Shown in pieces: positions 57,801 to 64,000 of a DNA stretch of 64,000 nucleotides; position 1 is the stretch's first letter; each line of letters begins with the position of its first letter. Both the position numbers and the translations under genes were made by a program. Origin of the DNA: a virus (lineage: Duplodnaviria; Caudoviricetes); IMG/VR virus record IMGVR_UViG_3300020577_007794. The stretch is one strand, 5' to 3'. The notes beneath the pieces are model-generated. The model made no database searches and was not told the DNA's origin. It saw nothing but the letters and a program-made list of their open reading frames with translations.

Positions 57801-59771
57801 GGTGCTATTTTGACTACAAATGATCAAACAATAGTGGACAATGCAGACCCAACAATGTTGAGGGATGTTGAAAATTTCGTAAAACACCTTTATTGGAAAC
57901 CATATATTCAAGCATGGCCAGCAGTAACAGGACTCAACCTCCTTTCCAACAACATTGTTCCATCTCAAAAAGATGTGTACACTGATGCTAAAGGGCAACA
58001 TACGTTTAATGGTTGGATATCTAGAGATACCCCTGTAAAAACAATCACGTATTGTGTGGACAGTGATATATCACCAAGTACTCGAAGAACTATGTTGGTT
58101 GATACCGGTCTTCTTGTAACAACCGTTCAAAGAGGTTTCACAAATACAGTTGCAAAGGGTGCAGCTAATATAGCTAACTCAGTTCTAGGTTGGACTCCAT
58201 GGACTCCGGTAATTTCTGAGTTTATAAATGAAACTCCAGATACCCCTGCTATCGAAAACTCTGTTGTTAATGCTTTGTGTAATTCTGTTAAGGAAATGTA
58301 TCAAGGATGGTTTTCTATTTCTGGTCAATCAGCTATGAAACCAAACGATCTAGTTCTCCTTAACGATGCCTACAACGGTATGGAGGGGCCTGTTTTTATA
58401 GGGGATGTTATTCATAGAATGGATTCCTCTACAGGCTTTGTTACCTTAATTTCTCCAGACTGTGTAGCTCTCCCACACTCAGCAATTATCGGCCAGAGGT
58501 TGATTGTGGCGCATTCAAGTGGGCCGTTAGCTAAGGCTGGTCAGTATGTAATAGGTTCAGCTGCCTGGGCTGCTATGGCTTTTTCACTTAAAAAGCTTTC
58601 TTCAAATCCATTCTCAGCAAGGATATTGGAGTTAAAAGAGTTAACAAATAGGTACACAGTAGCTGAGGCTTTGGGTTCTAAAAATCTTACTAACACTGTA
58701 AAGACGCAAATTCTTTCTGCTATTGATGCTAGAATGGCGGCAATAGCAGAAGCAAGTAAAAAGGGATTATTCTCGTCTCTACGAATAGAACAACTTAAGA
58801 AAACAAGACAGGCAATCGAGGCCTCAGAAAATCTTTCTGCAGTCTTCCTTTATGCTAATGAGTCTGGTATAAACGTTGGACAGATTCTCAGGGATATTCC
58901 AGGTGTTAGCCTTGATTTTGAGAGATTGGTTTCTATTATCCATAATTCTCAAAATCTTTACATAGAGATGTTGAGAGAACTAAAAGCAAACCCAGCTACA
59001 TCTCAGCTATCTGAGCAGGAAATTATTAGGCTAGTAGAAAATAAGGTAGTAAAACAGCTAAATCAAACTTTGATTGATGCTGATCTAGCTGTTGCAGGAG
59101 ATTCTGCAACTGATGGGCTATCTGAAATATCTGCTCTCCTAAGAAATGAATCAAAACTGAGACCATTAATTGATCCAGGAACTATCCAAGTTACCGATGA
59201 AGTTATTGAAGAAGCCTGGGCAGCTGCTAGATTCAAAGCAGCTACATCACCTGTTAGACTTGTAAATATGTTGAAGGGGGCAGAGGTTGCGCTGTCTGAT
59301 AGTGTCAGATTGAGGCGAGCAACAAAACTTCTTTCCAAATCTATATCAGGATTGTCATTGGCTTTGTCAGCAATTGGTCCCGGAGTAATTGCTAGACTAG
59401 CATTTGAAGTGGTGAGATTTAGCATCGGTCAAACAGTTATACAAGGTATTAACTCTAGACTTATGGCTAGACAGGCTGTAAAAATATTTCCACTTAGAAG
59501 TATTCAATCCAATGGTACCTCAATTCCGTTTGTAGCTGGAATTAGAGGACATCAAGGAGCAGTAGTTGGGGACGACCCAGGCTACTTCGATAAACTTCTC
59601 AGTGGTAAATTTGAACCCAGCATCCCCTTTACAGATGGTTTGAAGCTTTCATTCATTCTGTCTGCTCTACTTGGTGTTGAGATACCTGAGTACGGTAATA
59701 CGGATGTTGACAATCTTTACATCCAAAAGATGAAAGAAGTGGAGGATAAGAGAGTAAATGGAAGAAGGTAA
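51801..59771 (+). CDS. 2656-aa baseplate hub-like structural protein with a degenerate SLT-like domain
   Basis: GARIQVRMGYG...VFNGTI and GQSAMKPNDLV...VIHRMD hub-type motifs; precedes the hydrolases and baseplate genes. Confidence 0.62.
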   Translation: MLSASLSNLIKSTTNTVKGQLVNIGRSGTKVVFEIKTADSKIYKVSATSSQAAIIVKTLNLSQNIVAAALGPGISDELRSNLISDKIFVEIPVEKSISGSEASVLSGGERKSSRIENPTTTKGKAEDEKKEKEDLTTVYPTDNWPGLMEESRFLPVKVPGILGTSNTRIGHAVFSAPIQFFTSQRTSYIEQSPTLRESGSIKKGTGLAFQTYTINYFATDAEEVRTSVKEVFDQLLLLPFISCQGGPFGFTPGDGDIPYHDFAVRSYSLATVPGHPSVLNVQISLEPLLFDIYCQVKDCKESQSGYQVTMDDIVCWPLVKLWTGSNEKSTYNPILTTLNGSLRMSLPSKKVINRIVDEADKFKSTLLNTEVDTLETLKILITEPRGAAISSNNAKLVESEVLAGSGRKIAVVKFEDQFNYSSLQQNSQFLGLVRWEKFSGNRFSSNGTFLPQSGTVNLDRSSSFVTNQVGITNYKTRGSNEFSWIDVVASKGDISTLIDQFLKDEQKQRAEPTSQLGTLPSINPLTDDMITHIKNNPWEYFALVLDVKVENESSLLRSINQLLNQAKTKATIPSMSERKNFDRILAEEDLVDSEVFMDTGIGNTDLIIESIMSTRTNNLSTQHVQGCHIPKHQFLGGGTAEFSIKGKCLSKTAKERLEALKLEFDRRCHLTFSGPSAGSIKNNPDSTPFVRVVNEVFQLMGVDFVMPVSLRVDSIPEQPNVWEFEMALLEFNPKTQASERVKFLETTLQTQAAVLNYQAPGDLTPDPLIQKAQEYFSLEDSLKSLEILPDMGLPTKTILDKWIDIIREEAIYRKINKVPRPKSTLSATEAEVVDHLEHFFQNNDCLTIMSHFKERDTTKRTSYTGSFVDPDFYFFYDPNKTWGALLDKLAMQEFGRRLPGFSSDKVEENGLEAFYQEFSPLFGTTTMFSSDYLSSRASTTEDELISAAKNSYPPSLAKQAHDATMSQVEGAKFEQYPGAWWTTPTNVSPVDETKTFEDSNPEYLKGPYINPNVKVSAFDSNAANTGVTPAEFDGSLEEFLSIAWRRKRAEVNTSYALKDSNIRLNGGSGIGFASKDGISFYKSLINSGFLFTAQPVSTYSAIGGSVGDFGKYNYLADNLPMDASYISARLNGVLPVGGKSLKEIEEESKIALLQTGHDDLVSEWGYIPRSIHATRKYAIRYGGTEIVATPLAALGATTTEALVNTQDMFNSIAGKYRIDPNIARAFFLRRTGFGTIKNETVDSNGVGFGDLSVDIASKLSNAEQVELFCEKFRRNLDRLNNVPTLALAATVAQLTYKGRALYVTGTDGIGTSEPGGSSDKFRLNKQTFYNVLKEAASKLNSPETKFSIKGAEIITNALAKTALASDIDTYWTAYIEVCRVLGSVRLPGQYLSKVDAYFDPFNALILTDSETNTEYANTSLTPSGNKIRVSMSRGEVTQTTADIQVLGDPNNPVSAEQDAELRVRLKFGLEPHSEASAWGSMFDCRRYSVFGRFVQAYPSFCVLLVNEGFYFAEGSVKLWDQFYTRAGITNIEVFKSRKDPAHSCSVTYSNMFYSISRYTQMEALRQEIAVDSNNRFQSTFGLGAGTPLESIEGALRRFWAAAISKEPDPRLLKTWATNHLNQLALTAGARIQVRMGYGSNASTLPVVFNGTIIDAPIGGQGEVTIKAAGDGFELNNPVTDRLVKVDNGFAYRSQEGFLGAGTEPSQIVVQSMIPNSMFVAALTQGRYGVTRVAPHFGEIIFGGTSYSIPEVMMNMYGASRKHLSQSFNFIKNTFNKNALYNWDDTTLISVSVHEPTVWKTAQVCAQAVMDYVTSPEPFHTRSTLFFGRWWYPFNYAYSPSILGQNNVSSLYTASRSTTANSVPSIDGSTPRNTSPKGFPTQEAKGVELKFEILPDGPFKETLENEKNVATLVDLNVFDKKEDTATIIAGVAGLFGQSLAANLLAELKKKYLGSDEKAKWGFGIFNPKNGGPTYALVMTLGDDGILRTQKLKDFTYTPSSAGAILTTNDQTIVDNADPTMLRDVENFVKHLYWKPYIQAWPAVTGLNLLSNNIVPSQKDVYTDAKGQHTFNGWISRDTPVKTITYCVDSDISPSTRRTMLVDTGLLVTTVQRGFTNTVAKGAANIANSVLGWTPWTPVISEFINETPDTPAIENSVVNALCNSVKEMYQGWFSISGQSAMKPNDLVLLNDAYNGMEGPVFIGDVIHRMDSSTGFVTLISPDCVALPHSAIIGQRLIVAHSSGPLAKAGQYVIGSAAWAAMAFSLKKLSSNPFSARILELKELTNRYTVAEALGSKNLTNTVKTQILSAIDARMAAIAEASKKGLFSSLRIEQLKKTRQAIEASENLSAVFLYANESGINVGQILRDIPGVSLDFERLVSIIHNSQNLYIEMLRELKANPATSQLSEQEIIRLVENKVVKQLNQTLIDADLAVAGDSATDGLSEISALLRNESKLRPLIDPGTIQVTDEVIEEAWAAARFKAATSPVRLVNMLKGAEVALSDSVRLRRATKLLSKSISGLSLALSAIGPGVIARLAFEVVRFSIGQTVIQGINSRLMARQAVKIFPLRSIQSNGTSIPFVAGIRGHQGAVVGDDPGYFDKLLSGKFEPSIPFTDGLKLSFILSALLGVEIPEYGNTDVDNLYIQKMKEVEDKRVNGRR

Positions 59772-60438
59772 TCCCCTATCGGCAAACCCCTCAGAAACGA
59801 ATAGAGATTTACTAGATGCTATTTTGGAAAAGCACAGACTAGATGAAATAGATCTATTATCTCTTGACAAAGCTTTGTGGACTGAGACACCTACTTCCCT
59901 AACTGCGGCAACCAACAATCCAACAAGTGACAGCTCATTTTCTGTTAATGTTTCTGCTGATGGTTCTGTAGATAAACCTCTTCCTGGTGGTTCGCCATCA
60001 AGAGGGAGTTTAATGAACAAAGATGGAACTCAGCAGCCTACCAAGATTAGAAGTAAGTACACTGAGTTGATTTACAAAGCTGCTAATGCGCATGGATTGG
60101 ACCCAGTATTATTTGAAGCACTTATTTGGGCTGAGAGTGATTTCAATCCAAAGTGTAGATCTGGAGTTGGTGCTATGGGTTTGGCTCAACTTATGCCCCC
60201 GACAGCCAGAATGTTGGGGGTTAAAGACCCCTGGGACCCAGAACAAAATTTGATGGGTGGGGCTAAATACCTAGCTATGCAATTTAAGACCTTTAAAGAG
60301 GTCAAATTGGCTCTAGCTGCGTACAACGCTGGTCCTGGAAACGTAAGGAAATATAAAGGAATTCCACCTTTTAAAGAGACACAGAATTATGTTACAAAGA
60401 TTCTGAAAAAATATCAGGAGTATAAGAGTGGAAAATAA
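59758..60438 (+). CDS. lytic transglycosylase (SLT)
   Basis: AESDFNP, GAMGLAQLMP, ALAAYNAG and ETQNYV. Confidence 0.96.
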   Translation: MEEGNPLSANPSETNRDLLDAILEKHRLDEIDLLSLDKALWTETPTSLTAATNNPTSDSSFSVNVSADGSVDKPLPGGSPSRGSLMNKDGTQQPTKIRSKYTELIYKAANAHGLDPVLFEALIWAESDFNPKCRSGVGAMGLAQLMPPTARMLGVKDPWDPEQNLMGGAKYLAMQFKTFKEVKLALAAYNAGPGNVRKYKGIPPFKETQNYVTKILKKYQEYKSGK

Positions 60439-61156
60439 AGATGGATTGCCTACTAATTCTGCTGATACTTTGTCTGTAATTTTAGAAACACACAGATTGT
60501 CAGAAATCGAACAACTATCTCTTGATAGATCGTTGTCTTTTGAATTAGTTACACCTATTGCGGGCACACAACAAGAGTCAATAGGTTATTCAGGTGAGCC
60601 TATAGAAACATCTGATGAAGGTGGTTCAGGTGGGCCAGCTGTTTACAGAGCCCCTAGTGGAACTAAAGAATACACAGTTGGCACATTACCTTCTGCATGG
60701 GGTGGCTACAGTAACGGTAAGATACCGTTATCTGCTATGGCCAGTATAGCTAAAAGAGGTGACAAGTGGTATGGAGGATTACACTATCTTCGTCCAGACG
60801 CTGCCGATGCCTGGGTTAAGCTAAAAGCTAGGGCCAGGGCAGAAGGTTATGGTCTGACAGTTTCTTCAGCGTACAGAAGCTACGAACATCAAGCCTCTAT
60901 ACCTGGAAAAAGAAAAGCAAGACCTGGGCACTCCAACCATGGTCTCGGACTAGCTGTTGATATAAGAGAACTATACTTCAACAGCCAGGGCACACAAAGA
61001 GATATACAACAAGCTGCTAAGATGCGTGAAACTAAGTTATACAAGTGGCTAGATAGAGTCGGCCCAGAATTTGGCTGGCATAATCCTGCTAAGATGCGGG
61101 ATGGTCGTGGTTTGGAAGAACCATGGCATTGGGAGTTTTACGGAGTTCCGAAATAA
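60428..61156 (+). CDS. M15B/VanY-like zinc peptidoglycan peptidase
   Basis: SAYRSY, PGHSNHGLGLAVD and EPWHWEF. Confidence 0.94.
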   Translation: MENKDGLPTNSADTLSVILETHRLSEIEQLSLDRSLSFELVTPIAGTQQESIGYSGEPIETSDEGGSGGPAVYRAPSGTKEYTVGTLPSAWGGYSNGKIPLSAMASIAKRGDKWYGGLHYLRPDAADAWVKLKARARAEGYGLTVSSAYRSYEHQASIPGKRKARPGHSNHGLGLAVDIRELYFNSQGTQRDIQQAAKMRETKLYKWLDRVGPEFGWHNPAKMRDGRGLEEPWHWEFYGVPK

Positions 61157-61911
61157 TGGGATACTTATCACAAAAAATAGATGAAATTGCAACCCAAACT
61201 AACAGGCTAAACCCATCTTATTCCTGTGGTCTCTTAGTGGACCCTAAAAGAGTGGTGGGTTCCCTCTTAGACAATCCATGGGTAAAAGCTACTACCAGCC
61301 TCAACGGGTATGAGATGCGAAAGTGGGCTGAAGATGCTGATATGGGAAAAATTGGTACAGCGGTAGTAATCAGAAATCCAGAAGGAACAGACACAAAGAC
61401 TATCATGAACCCGAAAGTTAGTAGTGGGGTGTACTCGGATAATGCTGGGAAAACCTCTGTTGGTTCTACTCATGGAGATAACGCTACTGAAATGGAAGTT
61501 GTTTTCGCAGCTGGGAAAAATATCGCACCAACAGTTGTTGCACAAAGATCAACCTATTTTCCAGGTACGGCTACAGTTCAGTCAAATCCTGACGCGGCTG
61601 TTCCACCTATGATTTCTGGCAGTGGAGCGAAGGTAGAAGAAGACAGACTTAGACAAACTGCAAATGGAACTAACGCAGCTACAGGTACTGCTTTAAAACC
61701 AAGCAGTTCCCTGTCTTTCTTAGATAGGGCTAAACTTGCCTCTCTTGGATTACTTACCCCTAGATCTAAGCCAATTGCCCCATCTCTAAAAGGTGGTTTA
61801 AGTGGTAAAACAGGAGACCCTGGGCAACTTGTAGACAATGGATTTAAAGCCCTTGACCCAACTCTAGGCGGCTTTGGGGTACAAAAAGCTGCACCACCAA
61901 AGGCAAAATAA
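61156..61911 (+). CDS. hypothetical baseplate-region protein
   Basis: TAATG coupling with the peptidase stop. Confidence 0.6.
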   Translation: MGYLSQKIDEIATQTNRLNPSYSCGLLVDPKRVVGSLLDNPWVKATTSLNGYEMRKWAEDADMGKIGTAVVIRNPEGTDTKTIMNPKVSSGVYSDNAGKTSVGSTHGDNATEMEVVFAAGKNIAPTVVAQRSTYFPGTATVQSNPDAAVPPMISGSGAKVEEDRLRQTANGTNAATGTALKPSSSLSFLDRAKLASLGLLTPRSKPIAPSLKGGLSGKTGDPGQLVDNGFKALDPTLGGFGVQKAAPPKAK

Positions 61912-62468
61912 TGGAATCGAATTACTTAGATCAAGTAAGAATAGCAATTGATAGTTATAAAGAGAGGTTTACGAACGAATCTCTTAGACACATTCTGCTC
62001 AATTACTCTGATACAGAAATAGGGCAGAGACACCCAGAACTTCCAATAGGTTCTATGCTTAGAGATCAAGGTCAGTTCGATCTATACGCAGGACCTACAA
62101 GATTAATTGGGAACATGGATGGTGGATTGTATACCATATCCTCAACCCTATCCCTCAATGCAAATTCCATTAATGTTAATTGTGCAACCCCACAATCATT
62201 TGTGCTTAATGGAAAGAGGTTCACTGAGAAAGTTCATAACGGTTCTCTATTCATATCCGCAAAATCCCTTCAAAACCTAGAAGGCATCGGATTTATTAAA
62301 GTTCCTGGTAATAATCAAGGTGAAACCAAAGCATTACAATCAGGTGATCTTATAAATACTTTACCAGCCTCTGAAGTTTTTGAGCTTTTAGGTGTTTTTG
62401 AAGAAGTTGATATACAGGACACCCCAGAATATGACAGCTATTTAGTTTTTGAGGAGTTGATAAGTTAA
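61911..62468 (+). CDS. hypothetical baseplate-region protein (possible spike)
   Basis: Translationally coupled; short beta-strand run. Confidence 0.5.
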   Translation: MESNYLDQVRIAIDSYKERFTNESLRHILLNYSDTEIGQRHPELPIGSMLRDQGQFDLYAGPTRLIGNMDGGLYTISSTLSLNANSINVNCATPQSFVLNGKRFTEKVHNGSLFISAKSLQNLEGIGFIKVPGNNQGETKALQSGDLINTLPASEVFELLGVFEEVDIQDTPEYDSYLVFEELIS

Positions 62469-62878
62469 TGAAAGATCTGAAAATGACTGCAGATGGTGAG
62501 TTTGTCATTGGAGCCAACGGTGACTTTGAGACAGTAGAGGGTGATGAAGCTATCGCCCAACAAATTGTCTTTATACTTAAGACACAAAAAGGGGACTGGA
62601 CTTTAGTCCCGAGAGTGGGTGCTGATTTGGAAAGATTTATCGGTAAACCAAATTCTCGAGAAACTAGAGATATGATAGAAGCTGTTATAAGTACCGAGCT
62701 TATAAATTCACAGCTAATATACAACCCTACAGTAACCTGTATTCAACTATCAGCGGAAGAAGTATTTATAACTGTAGAATTCCCATCAGTCGAAGATAGG
62801 GGTAGAGAAGTTATAGTAACTGCAGAATTAGATCTTAAAACTGGCAATGTTTCTGCAAGATCTATAACTAACGGCTAA
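62468..62878 (+). CDS. baseplate wedge protein (gp25/W-like)
   Basis: GDFETVEGDEAIAQQI..ILKTQKGDW...P..GADL..FIG. Confidence 0.85.
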   Translation: MKDLKMTADGEFVIGANGDFETVEGDEAIAQQIVFILKTQKGDWTLVPRVGADLERFIGKPNSRETRDMIEAVISTELINSQLIYNPTVTCIQLSAEEVFITVEFPSVEDRGREVIVTAELDLKTGNVSARSITNG

Positions 62879-62910
62879 AAAGATTCCAAGCCACCAATAA
62901 TATAATTGAG

Positions 62911-64000
62911 ATGGCTGAAAATTTAGAGAAGGAAGAGCTTCTAAAACAAGTTACAACAACTAGGAAAGCTCTACCTATGAACCGAGTATCTACTAGATAT
63001 TCGTGGCTCAATGTTGCTGGATTAACAGCTGACATTGGTGCTTGTGGGTACTACAGGGTCGTGAATCCCATACACCTACTAATGCAGCATGGCGCAACTG
63101 TTGATTACAGCTCAGTTCAAAATATTACTGGGCTTACAAACTCAGATGTTATAGTTGCACCTAGACAGTGCAGTACGGAGGTGTACGACAATCTTAGAAG
63201 ACTTCAATTTGAAGGGAAAAAAGTTTATTACGAACTTGATGATGACCTGCATAATGTTCTAAGAACCTCTCCGGCATATTCTGTGTACTATAGAAATTCT
63301 GAGAGTTTACTAGCTGTTGAAAAGTTCATCTCTTCTTCTCATGGGTTGACAGTAACCACCCCTGAGTTGGCCAGAGCCTATGCAAGATTCAACACTAACA
63401 TATCTATCATAGAAAACTACATTGACTTTTCGTTAAGAAATTGGAACATAGATGTTGATTGGAATGGGGAGACACCTGTCTTTAAACCACTCCACATTGA
63501 TAGACCTAAGGAGTGGGGTGATTCCATTGTTCTGACATGGGCTGGTGGTGCTACTCACATGGAAGATCTTATTGGGGTATTCCCTCACATTAAGAGAATC
63601 CTTGAGATGTATCCTAAAACAATGTTTGCGTATTATGGTGCCTGGGAGTTGTTTGAGGCAGCTAATGAAAGGGCTAAAATACCACTAGATAGGGTATTCA
63701 AGATCACACCTAGACACTTTTTGGATTATCCAGATGGTTTACGGGGTGATATTGGTTTAGCTCCTATTGTCCCATGCCAATTCAATATTTGTAAGTCAGC
63801 ACTGAAGATAACAGAATACATGGCTGCGGGCATGGCTGTGGTTGCATCCAATGTTGGTCCTTATGCTAGATTTAATAGGCTTTATCCAGATACTGTCAAT
63901 TTAGTTGGTAACGGACGAAACATGCACTCAACCTGGGTTGATGCTGTAGGAGAACTGGTTTCCAACCCAGATAAGTTGCTAGAAAGGAAGGTTAAAGGTA
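62911..64000 (+). CDS. GT-B glycosyltransferase (truncated by window end)
   Basis: Open to the window end; GACGYYRV..P, YELDDDL, WAGGATH and DIGLAP...FN..KS.LK..EY. Confidence 0.88.
   Translation, partial: MAENLEKEELLKQVTTTRKALPMNRVSTRYSWLNVAGLTADIGACGYYRVVNPIHLLMQHGATVDYSSVQNITGLTNSDVIVAPRQCSTEVYDNLRRLQFEGKKVYYELDDDLHNVLRTSPAYSVYYRNSESLLAVEKFISSSHGLTVTTPELARAYARFNTNISIIENYIDFSLRNWNIDVDWNGETPVFKPLHIDRPKEWGDSIVLTWAGGATHMEDLIGVFPHIKRILEMYPKTMFAYYGAWELFEAANERAKIPLDRVFKITPRHFLDYPDGLRGDIGLAPIVPCQFNICKSALKITEYMAAGMAVVASNVGPYARFNRLYPDTVNLVGNGRNMHSTWVDAVGELVSNPDKLLERKVKG

Noticed and set aside
30151-62878. Bacterial eCIS/tailocin locus rather than a phage
   Set aside because: Terminase, portal, protease, capsid and tRNA genes show a complete phage head module
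1-64000. Stop-codon reassignment (alternative genetic code)
   Set aside because: Genes up to 8 kb are open in the standard code, TAA, TAG and TGA all end genes, and there is no suppressor tRNA

Overview
This 64 kb window comes from a large tailed dsDNA phage with a contractile (myovirus-type) tail and the standard genetic code. Positions 1-1.8 kb hold leftward, early-type genes. A repeat-rich divergence region follows (1.8-2.1 kb), then an accessory region with six tRNAs, decayed HNH endonucleases and an ATP-grasp gene (2.1-8.1 kb). From about 12 kb to 63 kb lies a long morphogenesis module: TerS candidate, TerL with two back-to-back inteins, portal, holin-like genes, prohead protease, major capsid protein, neck, two sheath-like and three tube-like genes, chaperones, giant tape-measure/ejection-type proteins, two peptidoglycan hydrolases and baseplate genes. 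A glycosyltransferase is cut off by the window end. The best finding is a 1272-aa single-chain two-barrel RNA polymerase (8129-11947, minus strand). Its beta'-like catalytic half (GKxxxxSG, DMDAD) comes BEFORE its beta-like half (K-x7-K, DIxxxxxxxxSR), the reverse of the order I know from other single-chain two-barrel polymerases, and it ends in a hydrophobic tail. It sits among giant hydrophobic-helix proteins carrying DEDDh and PD-(D/E)XK nuclease folds, which suggests an ejected, membrane-tethered transcription/DNA-processing apparatus (inference). Other highlights are a class 3 plus class 1 tandem intein pair, an orphan tail-tube paralog among the tRNA genes, two cell-wall hydrolases sharing an N-terminal module, tRNAs with altered elbows, and a candidate CTCTATTT phage promoter. 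All assignments come from reading motifs by eye; no database searches were run.
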